Shown here: in pieces, positions 48,582-62,492 of the stretch
How the letters are laid out: every line of letters begins with the position of its first letter
Numbering within the stretch: the first letter of the stretch is position 1
NCBI RefSeq assembly: GCF_009914755.1
Contig: NC_060928.1
Direction: 5' to 3' (one strand)
Length of the DNA stretch: 64,000 nucleotides
Origin: the human T2T-CHM13v2.0 reference genome, Homo sapiens
Notes under the pieces: model-generated
Database searches by the model: none
What the model was told of the DNA's origin: nothing
What the model saw: the letters and a program-made list of their open reading frames with translations, nothing else
Made by a program: the position numbers and the translations under genes

Positions 48582-51500
48582 GCTGAATCTTTGGTGTATT
48601 GAAATAGGCAGCACTCTGAAAGACAGAAGCTTCGTCCAGCCACTCTTCAGCACATTCCTTTACTAAGCAGTTTAAAGCCGTCCTAGTGGAGCAAGCCCTA
48701 AAGCAGATTTAATTTTTGCCATTTTCCAAGAATGACGGTGGTGGCTTTTAGTCAGAAAATGGCCTTCTGTGCTTTCAAAAAAAAAAACAAAAAAAAAACC
48801 ACACACACACATAAAAAACCCAACAGGTCAAAATAAAAGTTGAACTTGAGTTACATTTAATTTAAATATAAATGCATTTTGAGAAATGTTAAGAACAATT
48901 TAGTCAATCGTTCATCTGTCATTGGTACTGTAAAATAAGCTGTGGTCTATTTCCACTGTTTAATTTTCTACTCAGTTCTACCAAATAGGATGTCATGTTT
49001 GACATTTTTGATAGTGACTTTGGGGTCTTCTTCACTGAAAGCACCTTAGAACTGTACTATAAGAAAACATTTCCCCTATGTATAATTATATGAATGTGAT
49101 GTTTATTGCTTATTAATTTATAATTCAGTCATTCTCTATATAGGACTTCTTAAAATTTAGAAGGGAAATCTAGCTACTTCAAATTGTCTGTTAAATTTAT
49201 TATGCCCAAATCAACCTCTGAAAAAAGGTTTTTCCAGGAAGATTTACATTTAGGTTTAATATTTTTTTAGTTAGGTAGAGTTTTAAAAAATACTTGAGCC
49301 TGTCCGTGATAAAGCTATAAAATTCAATAACTTTTTAGAATGTTAAATGAAGACACTGTTTCCTAACATCAGTGAGATACATCTTTGAATTTAAACATTC
49401 ATATTTACTGAGTACCTACTAGGTACCAAGTACTCTTTTAGGCACTGGAAATACAGTGATGGACAAAACAGGTAAAAAATCGCTGCCCCCTCAGAGCTGA
49501 CATTCTGGGGTGGGAATTTCATTTTGCCACGTACTAACGTTCTGCACAAAAGACAGGCTAGACTCTTGTCTAGATTGTTTAAAAGAAACTTTTCAAATTG
49601 GTTACATTAATTTTAGTTTATTTTCACAAGTAAAAATGGCTTTTTATTTAGATTCTTTCTGTCCCAGGCTGTTGATCTTAAAACTAGTTGATTTAAAGAG
49701 TTTTTTTGCACAACATTTCAATTATATTTGTGAACTTAGAAATTAACTTACAATCTAACCAGCCATCATATCATATCCTATCAGGCTAGATATCTCAATA
49801 GTAGACTGAATACAAAGCTAATTTTTTTTACATGTCAATATTGGCACAAACTGGAATGAAAGAATAGTTTGATTCAGACCTGCTCCACTATGTGTTGCTA
49901 AAACACATGCTATGAGCACTCCAGGAAACACTATATTTTTTCCAAAAAATATGTGATTATATATGTTAAAGTATAGATAACATTTCACACTTGGATACAT
50001 ATGTGCATTTACTGTATTTCTTGGTAAGCATATTTTTGGGGGAAAGTGCTGCTGATATGATACAAGTAGACAAAATTTAAATGAAATTTTGTCACATTCT
50101 ATGGAAAATGGTTTCTGGTAAACTGAGAAGGATATTAAAATAAGTGGCTTTTTTCTGGGCTACCATTATTGTTTGATTTCTCTTTGTCAAGTGTATAGAA
50201 CCTGTCATACATTCATGATAAGTAGCACTGAAAAATTACTCATTCAAATTTCCCCTGGGCACGTAAGGCAAAATATTGCCGGTTGGGATTTCAAGGTCAG
50301 TGACGACGCATTTCCTCCCAGTACAGACCCCCCAGCCCCCCTTGCTGGACATGGGGAGGCAGAGAGTCACTTGACCATCCAGAAATACATGACTACAAGT
50401 CCTTTATGACTGTTTGCCATTTTTTTTAATGGTACTTAGTATTTTGATCAAACTTTAGTCTCCAGAACTAAACAAGTCCCTAAGTTTCCTTATTTTAATT
50501 TACTGTGACTAGATTTGAAGCAAATAAATACTCCAGATCCATGCAGCTAGAACACACTTGCTTCCACTACTAAATATACAGGGTATGTCCTAACATGGAG
50601 TTAACTGGAATAGCAGTACACTAGCAAGTATCTGTGAATCCTTAGCACTGACGGGTTAACAGAAATGCTTTGGTAATACCTACTTAGTTAATTGGAGGAA
50701 GTAGTAAATAAACATTAGGTAATCTGCAGATTACTTCAAATGGGAAAAATCTTTTTGTAGACTCTATAGTACCCTCTCTATTCACTAGCTTCTGAAAAGG
50801 GAGGAGTATTTTTAGTTTGACAATTTAATAATTTAAAAACAAGACATCTCCAGGTAGGAAAAAATGAAAGCTATTTCATGCAAACATTATCTAATTTAGC
50901 TTAAAAGTGAAAGTGGTAATACTGTTGGTTTCTGTAAATGTTGCAGGGTTTTAAACTTTATAATTACTTTAATATTTTTGATAACTAGAAATCTAGTATT
51001 GCCATAAAGGAAACTAAGTGCCCATCAAAGATTTGTTTGGTATAAATAAAGAATTATTTGTTTTGTTTTCAATGACAGTAAGCTACAAATCATGATGCTT
51101 AAAAACTTTCTAAAGATGAATTGTGTGGCAGTGATTGGTCTGTTTGTGGAGAATGTATGAAAGCTATTAATATTCTAGAATAGATTAATAAATTGGCTAT
51201 GTTGTTCCAATGAATGTACAGCACTTCCATTAACTTTTGAAAGCAACACAGCCTTAAACTCAATGCTTTTGCTTTATGACATGGGAATGTTCTGTCATCA
51301 ATGGAGTGTATTCTTGTAATAGAATTCTTTATATCGTTCTCAATTCTATAGACTTTCAAGCCTATGTATGAATATGAAGGGGTTTTTTTTTTTTGCTTTG
51401 TTTTCTTTTTAGATTTTGTACATTCCATCTTTATAGGTCTGTTTCATATGTTTTATGTATAGAACACTAAGTCTTGCACTCTCTGACATTGATACTGATA

Positions 51501-51726
51501 TATTCTCGTCATTTGTTCTTTTATGAATCAAAATGTTGACTGCCTATTTAAAGAAAAGAATGAACGCTGTGCATCAAAGTGTTTGTATGTTCGTAGCTAC
51601 ATACGTACCACAGTATTTTGGATGCTTTAGTCTACAATGAAACTTTCAATTAATTCTGTCTTGAAACATAGGAGAAACAGGATTCATGTGTATCTCTTTA
51701 CCATGCACAAAATCTCAAATCATTAT

Positions 51727-51732
51727 AATAAA
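51727..51732 (+). terminator. TRIM2: Probable distal TRIM2 polyadenylation signal AATAAA
   Basis: AATAAA, CA at ~51745-51746, U-rich downstream sequence; transposon density resumes shortly after. Confidence 0.72.
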
Positions 51733-51738
51733 GCTTGT

Positions 51739-51810
51739 TTTCTCCATTTGCAGAGTGAATATTTATTTATTTAATATTTCTCCATTTGCAGAGTGAATAT
51801 TTATTTAATA
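51739..51810. repeat. 38/34-bp tandem duplication just downstream of AATAAA
   Basis: TTTCTCCATTTGCAGAGTGAATATTTATTT(ATTT)AATA x2. Confidence 0.92.
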
Positions 51811-52012
51811 TATTCTCTGCCTGAAGGGAAATTGAGGAACATCCTGGAATCTGTGGAAGATAGCAATACTGCAACCAGACTATTTATACTAGTGAGGAAA
51901 AGCTCAAGAAAATTTTTGTTGGCTATGACATTAATAATCCATTAGTATTTAGGATGTATCTTAAGTAGGAATTTGGAAAATCCTGATACATACGTAGAAC
52001 ATGTACATTTAG

Positions 52013-52335
<323 letters not shown>

Positions 52336-53239
52336 TTGTGAACAATGACGGAACACAATAAAAATTCGTTTTGTTTTCTTGAGGGTTAAAAAAAATCCAG
52401 CATAGATGGAAACTCTGGAAGAGGTTACATGAGTCAGTCTTGGAAGGAGAGATGAAACAACAGAAATTAGGAAGACCTAACATGGAGCTAGGCATGGCGG
52501 CAGCGCCTGGAGTCACAGCTGCTTGGGAGGCTGAGGTGGGAGGATCACTTGAGCCCAGAAGTTTAAGACCAGTCTGGGCAACATAGTCAACAGACTGTCT
52601 CTTTAAAAAAAGACCAAATGTGACACTGCTGACGATGAACTGTAAATATTAATATTATTGAATTCTACTTCCATTCTTCATTTGTTTTTTCTTTTACCCA
52701 AGCAGGCCACCATCATGGGCTCCTTGGAGGTTTTCAGAATCAGAGAGAGGGTGGGTCCCTCCATAAGCCACTTGCATAGTTCAGCATATCTGAGATTGTC
52801 CTCCAGGAGCACATTTCACATGAAGCCAGATGCATCCCTTTCCAGAGGAGAGAACGAGTTCAGTTTTGCCTAAGGAGACTGGAAGGGCAAGTGGACATTT
52901 GATGTTCTACTCACTCTTCTGTCTGTTTTTCACTGTTAAAGTCACTGACCAAACAAACGTCTAAGCACCCTTGGTCCACCAGCCTTTTGGCTAGGTGGAC
53001 GGGATACCGGGATGAATACTGAAGCCTGTACCCTCACAGAGCTTACAGCCTGCTTGGAGAAACAGACCAGATACTTACAGTACCATAAACTGCTGTATTC
53101 ATTAGCAAATATTTACTGAGTGTAGAATGTTCAGGTACTATGCTAGTCTCACTAGGGAATAGCAGTAAACAAAAAAAGCTCCTCTTCTCACAGACTTTCA
53201 TTTTACTGGGATGAAACAAATAACTGAATACATATAGAG

Positions 53240-53480
53240 CTAGCTACATAATTACAGAGCCTGGTGCAAAATGAAAATGCAAGGCCCCTTGTTCAAGAAG
53301 TATGAAAAAGACATTTTCCTTTCTTCTGTGGTGTCTCCACCAGTCACAGTGTTTTTTATTTGCTACTTAATGTTATACTCTCTTGGCCATAGGGATACTT
53401 GCTGGGTGAGTGTAGACCCACAGGCACCTGGAGTCACCCTGGAACTCAGACTCCCCCCAGGCTTGTGCTAAAAGAGGGCA
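53240..53480. mobile_element. hAT-Tip100 element (MER45-like)
   Basis: ggtgcaaaatgaaaatgcaaggccccttgttcaa resembles the MER45 terminus. Confidence 0.6.
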
Positions 53481-54149
53481 CCAGAACATGAGTTGTTCAG
53501 GGAATAACAAATAGTCTGATATGGCAAGACCACAGAATTTCTCAAGAAGAAATTACTGATGAGGCACCGTTATAAAGAGTATGTTACTGTGCCTGTTCTT
53601 AAGGAGTTTACATTCCAGATGGAAAGATTAAAAGAATAACTATAAAACAGGGAAAATTAAAGAGCCATGGAGAAGGGTTAATAAAGTATAATGGAAGTTC
53701 CATGTTATCACATAGCTGATGGGGACAATCCTCTTTATGCCTGTGTCCTAGCATAAATAGGAATAGCATTCCCTTCTGTTCTCAGAAGTGTCTCAGTTCG
53801 GATGATAAATTATATATTCACTAGACATCAGTCTTTCTCAACCTTTTTTCTCATTACCATTCCCATAAAGAACCTTTTTAGATGTTTTTTCCCTGTTCAC
53901 AATGCCATCCCCAGTCCCATGAAATTTTAATACCAGAGATATACTGTACATCTGTTTATGTACTGAGAGCCACAAACCACTGGAGCACAAACCATCTAAG
54001 ATCTTTTTGTCTCCCAGGAACCCATTTTGATGTCATCCCATTGAGAATGACGCCCTACCCAAATGACATGATTGCATTGTCATTTCTAACTCAGAAGCTG
54101 TGTTGTGACTGACAGGTTGATAATGTTTACTATTTCTTCCTTAAAATTT

Positions 54150-54785
<636 letters not shown>

Positions 54786-54903
54786 ATTTTCTCCTCTCTT
54801 GGTTTTGCATTCTCCTACTTCTTTTCCTACATTGCAGACTTTTTCCTCAGTCTCTTCCAAGTGACTTGACTTTGTTTTCCTATTTCCTTTATAAGCTCCT
54901 CCT

Positions 54904-55198
54904 GCCAGGCACGGTGGCTCACGCCTGTAATCCTAGCACTTTAGGAGGCCAAGGCGGATGGGTCGCCTGAGACTGGGAGATCGAGACCAGCCTGGCCAAC
55001 ATGGTAAAACCCCATCTCTACTAAAAATACAAAGATTAGCCGGGGGTGGTGGTGGGCGCCTATAATCCCAGCTACTCAGGAGGCTGAGGCAAGAGAATCG
55101 CTTGAACCTAGGGGTTGGAGGTTGCAGTGAGCCAAAATCATGCCACTTCACTCCAGGCTGGGCAAAAGAGCGAAACCCCAACTCTAAATAAATAAATA
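54904..55198 (+). mobile_element. Alu (AluS-type)
   Basis: Full dimer; ataagct(c/g)ctcct on both flanks. Confidence 0.94.
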
Positions 55199-55554
55199 AG
55201 CTGCTCCTATAGGTCATGCTTTTCAGAATGTCAAGGAAGGGGCATCAGAAGGTTATCTGAAGTTTAAGGTATTTGTACTGAAAATGCAAAGGAACCAGAG
55301 GCAGTAGAATGTGTCTTCTTTCCTAGGTGGCGGTGATTCCCAGGTCTGGTTGATCAAGACTGCAATGCACAACAGGAACCTCAGAGAACTGTCACAGCAG
55401 CTCTCAGTGACACTTAGGATACAGATGCAGCTTAAGTGACCCTTTTTTATATCCATTTAGCACTCATTTTTCCCAAAAGAAGACCTGTTTGGGTCAATTT
55501 GTTACTGTCCCAGGGCAGGCTTTTGCACTGTGTCGCTTTAGAGGCAGGGGCGGA

Positions 55555-55811
55555 GGAAAACTTGGGACTGTAACATCAGTACTGCACAAAGCCCTCTTCC
55601 GTATACAGCATAAGCACTATTCTATAAAATCCCCAGCAAGCCTTTGTTTCCTTGCAGTCAGCTCCTTTTCTGCTGATTCTGCCCATTGCTCCCTTGCAAC
55701 GTATTTTCATGCTTTCTCTAATGATTCTGCCTTTCTTTACTTACAACTGCCTTGGTAAATTTTTCTGCCACAGCGCCACTGGCCTCAGATAGTCACCACT
55801 CACCTGCAACA
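55555..55811 (+). mobile_element. ERV1 LTR 3' fragment
   Basis: ctataaaatccccagcaagcctttg…tctgcctttctttac…ttggtaaatt…caaca: TATA-R-U5-like layout ending in CA. Confidence 0.6.
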
Positions 55812-56025
55812 AGCCTGAGAGCCAATTAAGACAAGGCTTTCCCCAAGTAGCACAAATGTATATACCACTACTGTAGTTACTTAATGTACTCATTTATCAT
55901 TTTAAAATTACCTTATGTACCATCAGTTACATGGTATAACTCTTACAGGAAAAACCAAATTAATGGAACTCTGCAATTCAATGTACCCCTTCCTCTGCCT
56001 CCAGCAGAAGCAACAGGGGACATAA

Positions 56026-56439
<414 letters not shown>

Positions 56440-56879
56440 TAATTTTCAAAATAATTGAATTCTGAGTTAAAATTTTTCAGCACTTTCAGGGGCCTGAGCT
56501 TTTGCTATGAATCTGGATCTATTCTCAAGCCATGAAGTAGCGTATTTTTGACCATGTTGATTTGAAATTCATTCCGTTGTTTCCTTCTTTTTTAAAACCT
56601 AAGGGAAAAACAAACAGACATACACAGGATTTGAAAAGCTGGAAAGCAGTGGGTAGCGGCTCGGGAGAAGATGAGGGGTCAGATTAGAAGACGAGAAAGG
56701 AATCCAGTCCGCCCCAGACAGGACAAGTCCGGAAGGATGGAGGCAGCGTTTCCTTCCTCAACAGCCTAAACGCCTCTATTTTTTACATCCAAACTTAGGC
56801 CATATTTCTGCGGCGCCAAGAAAACGCAGTAAAAGCAAAGGCAAGATGTCCTTAAAAAAAAAAAAGGTCACATTCACAG

Positions 56880-57680
56880 AATACCGAGGAGACGGAGGCA
56901 GCTCTGCAACCCGTCCACTGAGACGCGGACACGCTCCCCACAGCCCCGGCCCCAGGCCCGCGCCCCTTCCCCCGCCGGCGGCTCGGATGGGTCGCTAGGG
57001 GTCGCTGCGCGCCGCGCGGGCGAGGACCGGCCTCTTTCCCCCACCTCCACCGTCTCGCTGCTCCGCCCCCGCGGCGTAGTCGGCGCCAAAATCAAACGCG
57101 TCCTGGCCTGTCCCGCCCCTCTCCCCAAGCGCGGGCCCGGCCAGCGGAAGCCCCTGCGCCCGCGCCATGGTAAGGACTGAGGCTACGGTCCCGCGTCTTC
57201 TTCCTCCCTAGTGTGTGGGCTTCGCCGCCCCTCGGCTGCATGTGGATCCCGGCCTGGCGTTGACCGCCATTCCGGGCCGCGGGAGCGGTCGCCCGGCTCT
57301 CGGCCTCACCGTGTAGGGGCCCAGCCCGGCCCCGCCGCAGCCACTCCGCACTCTGCGGCGTTCCCCGCCGCTCCTGTCCGGAGTCCCGAGGCGCGGGGGC
57401 ATCCGCGGCCTCCCCGCCGGCTGCACCCCGCGTCTGTCCCCAGGGCCCGTTCGGGCGGGTTAGGTTAGAACGCGGGAAGCGTTCGCGAACGTGACCCGAG
57501 AACTTCACCAACCTGGATTTATCTAAAAGACCACGGGGCCCTTGAGAACCTGGGCTCCCTACGCCTCCAGCTTCGGCCCCGCGTGGTGTAGCCCCCCCCA
57601 TTAAGAACGGGGAGAGAAAGCGCAAGTGGGCGGGAGGGACTGCGGGGAGCGAACGTCTTGATCCCAAAGCGCACTCCTGG
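56880..57680 (+). promoter_or_regulatory. MND1: CpG island / MND1 promoter and first exon
   Basis: Very GC- and CpG-dense. GC boxes (CCGCCC at ~57063 and ~57113), E2F-type GCGCCAAA at 57083-57090, CGGAAG at ~57145. Confidence 0.9.
57167..57169 (+). CDS. MND1: MND1 coding exon 1 (initiator ATG only)
   Basis: cgcgccATG|gtaagg: Kozak-like GCC before ATG, immediately followed by a strong donor; joins in frame to SKKKGL. Confidence 0.9.
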
Positions 57681-59387
57681 TTTGTCACCATTGAGTGGTT
57701 TTCTGTATTGTAATATGTAGAGCACATTCCAGAACTGCTCAGTTTCGAGTTACCTAATGGATCTTCACTGTGTGCCAATTAGTCGATTTCTGTGAAAACG
57801 CCCCGGTTTCTGCCAAAGGGCAGGAGTCGCTGCTCTTGTGCCGGGTGCTGCTGGTTGTGTAGGGCGCTGTTGCTTTTTTAAGGACGCTCTGCACTGAATT
57901 AGGCTTCCTCGTGGGTCATGATCAGTTAAGTCCTGGTAAGATCGGCTTTGTGAGCTTAACGTCTTTCTGCTCATCAAATCATTTTCATAAACCTTCAAAG
58001 TTTCATGCCGTTTTTTCTGCTTCAGTTGGCGAAGAATCAACATCTGGTTAAATGGATCTAAGATTTTAATATCTTCATTTACTTACGTGGCCGTTAAATG
58101 TTGCCGAGCTAAGGGGGGCAGGGTGGGACACCAGGATCCAGTTGTATGGTATTTATTTGAAGATATTTGTCCAGATGTAGTTATAAATGATAACGGCTTC
58201 TTTGTGGTTAAACTAACAACCCAGCCACCTGGGCGTGAAGTGCTCTAAGGAGCCAAACAGGACTACAGTTAAAACAAATCTGTTAGCAGTGCCCTTCTGT
58301 GTTACAATTTTTCTCTGCAGAGTTGCTGGCCTCGTATAACTGACTTGGAGAACTGTGCAGCTCAAACGCGCGTTGTCCTTTTACCTAATCTATCTCTCTA
58401 CACATGAATCACCTGCTAATACTAAATGTGTTAACTCTTTAGAAGCTTACCTCCGATAATAGAGAATCCTTTTAAAAAATTAAAGCTTTTGATAAGATGT
58501 GGACTTCCTATTTTTTAATATGTGATCGAGAAATAAATTTAGTGTTGGTCAAAGGTAAACTTTTGATTGATTATGAATTAATAGCTGTTTTCATTTGGTT
58601 AGGCATCCTAAGTAAATAGTTAATGAGTTCAGGCAATTTTTGAAATTGGAGAAGTGCAGTGCTGAACTCTGAGAGCAGCAGTGATGTCTACTTAATAATT
58701 CTTCATAATTTTATCGTAATTGATTAGTAGGGCTGGCTGTAGGAATTCCATAACTTCTAACTGAGAAGGTTCCTCAGATAACATGATTTTTTAAGTGGTT
58801 TAAAATACTTCCAGAAAGCTTCATAGTCCTTGAGTCAGGTTTTGAGTCTCCTGACTTACTAATTTGAATGCATCTCTAACTTATACTATCAGGTTTTTCC
58901 TAGTCTTAATTAAATATTAGATAAATCCTCATTGATTTTTTTGAGAAGTTTCTAAATATGAGTATTAATATGGCATCTTTTTACATTAGTTATTTTAATT
59001 CTGGCTATGATACTCCTACTGTGGTTAATAATAGAAATTATTTCTAGTCATGAAAGAGACTGATGAATAAATCAGCCTGAAAACAAGGTAAATGGATGAT
59101 ACAGCTCATCCACATTTCTTGAGTAACTTTCATAGCTGCTGAGCTGAGTGTTGAGAGCTTTCCTAAAACTGGGTACCCCAGGACGCTAGATTCTCCTCAT
59201 TGCCTGCCTCTGGGGGGCAGATTCTTGTGGAGTGCAAGGAGCTGTTTCGAATATCAAAATGTTAGGAGTCTTTCCTAACACTTCAGGATCTGCTTTCTGC
59301 TAGTGCAGCGACACACTGAAATTCTAAAGGGATTCCCATTGCCCCGCAGCGCCCTTGACATGGCCTTCAGATTCTGGGCTGACAAAA

Positions 59388-59588
59388 GTAGGGTTCTCAA
59401 CCCTGGGGCACAATTAAAAAATATGTTGGAGAGGATTTTTAAAATAAGTTGGAGGATTTAAAAAATATGTTGCCCAGGTCCCATTCCAGAGATTTTGATT
59501 CCATTCATTAGAGATGAGCCTGGGCATCGGTATTTTTTAAAAACTCCTGAGGTGATTCTAATGTATGGCAGTTTAGGACCTATTGGAC
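59388..59588. mobile_element. MER5A-type hAT transposon
   Basis: ggttctcaaccctgg…ccagagattttgattc…gggcatcggtattttttaaaaactcctgaggtgattctaatgt. Confidence 0.75.
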
Positions 59589-60079
59589 TAGAAAAATATG
59601 TTGAAGGAGTCTTCTAACTGTTATGAATTTCATGCTTGATTTGTCAGATACTGCAGAGGTGAGAATGAAGGGAGGCAAATAGAGCAGTCCTGGACCCTAG
59701 CTCTCAGCCCTAGGTTTAGTGAGCAGATCTGTATGGGTTCCTGGAGTTTGCCTAACTGAGATTTCTCTGATTTGTCTCTTCAAGCCAGGCAATACATGAT
59801 GTCACTGAATTCACTATGATTAATTCACCTGTTATATCTATGGGAGTATGGTAGGTGTTGGGGGGCTTAGGAGCCTGAGCAGCCTCAAATTTTAGAGTTG
59901 GGGGCTTTAGATACATGGTCCTAAAATTAAGAGCTTTATGTCTCCCTTGTCTAACTTGGCACTAAGCCCTGGAAAGGCAAAGGCAGTTCATGTTCTGAAG
60001 AAGTTTTTCAGTGTGCTGATACGGACAAGTAAACATCTTTTCAATGTAGTGAGTGATTTGATGAAGGTGTGTTCTGGGA

Positions 60080-60990
60080 ATACATGCTTAGCCTGTGAAC
60101 TCAGGGAAGTTCTGGAGGGAGAGTGCCTAAACTAAGCCTTGGGAGATGTTTTGGAGTTTTGACTAGGCAAGAAGTGAGGATGTTCTAGGTGGAGGAACAT
60201 TTTTTTTAAGGATGGAAATGAGAGCATTCTTCGAGTAGATAATTACAGGCAGTTTTTGTATTACAAGTTGCTTAGGTCTCCATACTGTTAATGGCAAAGT
60301 TTGAGGTGGGGTGTGGTGGAAGAGGCTATAAAAGGTAGGTTGGGGTTAGGTGATAAAGGGCCTTGTATATCATACTGGGGTACTCAGAAACGTCTGGATG
60401 TCTGGGAGCCACTGGAGGGTTTTGAGCAAGGCAGGGAAAAAGGTCTTATTTATGTTTTCCCAGTGCGGAATGTGAACATAGAGGGTGAGTCAAAGTGTGG
60501 TTAGGGGACTGGAGGTATATTGCAGGAGATAGATGATGAAGGCCTGAATGAGGCAGTGGTAGTAGAGATAGAACAGACAGGACAGATAAGAGAAATAATT
60601 AAATGCTGAAACTGGCAGAACTTGGTGATTGGTTGGATGTGAGATAAGGAGGTGAAGGTACCTAGGATGACTGTCAGGCCTCTGGCTTGGGTCACGAGAT
60701 AGTATCTGAGACTCAAGGTCTAGAACAGCAAGTTTGTGGGGAGTAGGTATGAGAGAGGAAGAGTTCAGTTTAGACTGACGGAGTTGAAGTTTGTCCAGCA
60801 GGCGGGTAGATGCATGACACTGAAGCTCAGGAGCACACCCAGGGGTGAATGTAAAGATTTGAGGTCTCAGCATAAGTGTTAATTAAAACCATGAAAGCAA
60901 ATGAGATCAAAGATAAGATATTAGGAGATGGGATCAGTAGCCAAACCCAGCAGAAAAACAGTGTTTGAAAGTGGACCGAGGAAGAAGAGA
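60080..60990. mobile_element. L2 fragment
   Basis: Purine-rich L2-like text (gggagccactggagggttttgagca…gatgaaggcctgaa…tggattggatgtg…agttcagttttagac). Confidence 0.7.
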
Positions 60991-61080
60991 AAAATATAAA
61001 CTTTAAGCTATTTATTTACCCATATTACTCATCAAGAAACACCTGATCATTTTATTCCTGTGGGAATGAGTTAGTGGGTT

Positions 61081-61237
61081 GTTGTTTTTTTTTGTGTGTG
61101 TGGGCTTTGTTTTGTTTTGTTTTGAGACAGTGTCTTGCTTTGTTGCCCAGGCTGGTCTCAAACTCCCAGCCTCAAGTGATCCTCCAGCCTCAGCCTCCCA
61201 AAGTGCTGGGATTACAGGTGTGAGCCACCGCCCAGCC
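61081..61237 (-). mobile_element. Alu monomer (FLAM-like)
   Basis: AGTTAGTGGGTT on both flanks. Confidence 0.9.
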
Positions 61238-62492
61238 AAGTTAGTGGGTTTCTAGGTTTTACAAGAATTAAGACTCACTCACTCCAGTATGTAGCCAGAA
61301 TGGCAATTCCAAATCCTTGTCTTCACTTATGTAAACTCACGTTTTCTGATGATGTTTTTGGTTGGATGGGGCAGTCTTTAACTGTTGTTTTATGTCTGCT
61401 TTTTAAGCAAACAATTTATATTCCTTTATAATCCCCTACAATTTTTGAGAAAGATGCAGATCACATAAGAAATATTAGTGTGGAGTTTTTTTATTAGAGA
61501 ACTGGAGGTGATAGTTCTCACTCTTTTTTTTTTTTTTTTCTGTAAACCTTTGGTTTGGAGGAAATTTGGCTCCTTTCTCTTTTAACTTAGGATTTAGCTT
61601 TATATATTCTATGTACAATATATTGTAAAATTTATTATTAACATATATTTCAGCTACATATTGTCTTAATTTCAAGTTGGCTAAAGGGTATTACAGAAGA
61701 ATAACCTGAGTGGGCTTCCATTTTCTACTTGGATAGGCCTTTCCCCCTTCCATCTTCTCTTCCACATTGCTGCTATAATTAACTTAACGAAAATGCAACT
61801 CTAATCTTGTCACTAGTCTGCTTTAGAAATTACTCAGCAGCTCCTCATTGTCTAGAATGAAGTCCACTGTCAGCTGGACAGTCAGCTTTCCATAACCTGA
61901 CCCCACACCTTTCTCATCCCATCTGCCAATCCCCCTACATACTTCATACAATAACTGTCCCCCACTGCTTATCCTTCTGGGGAATTCCATGTACTTCCAT
62001 AACATTGTGCCTGTGTGTGGTCTCCCCAAGATGTGCTTCTAACCATTTCTCAATTTGCCAAAATCCTTTTAATCTCTGTCCTTAGGTAACCCTTCTTCCT
62101 CTGCATAGTGGAATTCATTGTGTTCTGGGTATTTATGTAACAATTGGTGCATGTAGCTGTTCATTAGCTATAAATAGTTGCATCTATATATTTTCTCTGA
62201 GAGATTGTAAGCCTTTGGAAGGTCAATACAGTGGCTTATCATTGGTTTACTTTATAAATGCTGAATTTCTACAAAATGCCAGGCTCTGCCTCAATTTACA
62301 GTTACCATCTTGGCAGCACCTACCACAGTGGTTGGCAGATAGTAATTAAAATGAGTCTTTAGGTCTGACTTTGAGAGTATCAAACCTGTTGGCATCAGAT
62401 AAGACCATGCATAAAATTTCAAATGTTGCAAATCCAGTTGTTTTCAAAATGTGTTTAAAAGCATTGTTTACTTGTTAATTTTTTTGCTTTAG

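Larger units (their letters stand above)
47396..51746 (+). other. TRIM2: TRIM2 3'UTR (~4.35 kb)
   Basis: AT-rich, nearly transposon-free stretch after the stop, ending at AATAAA 51727-51732. The exact end is inferred. Confidence 0.8.

Noticed and set aside
56874-57778. 228-aa and other ORFs over the CpG island
   Set aside because: Stop-poor GC-rich DNA giving low-complexity Arg/Gly/Pro/Ala translations; no coding evidence.
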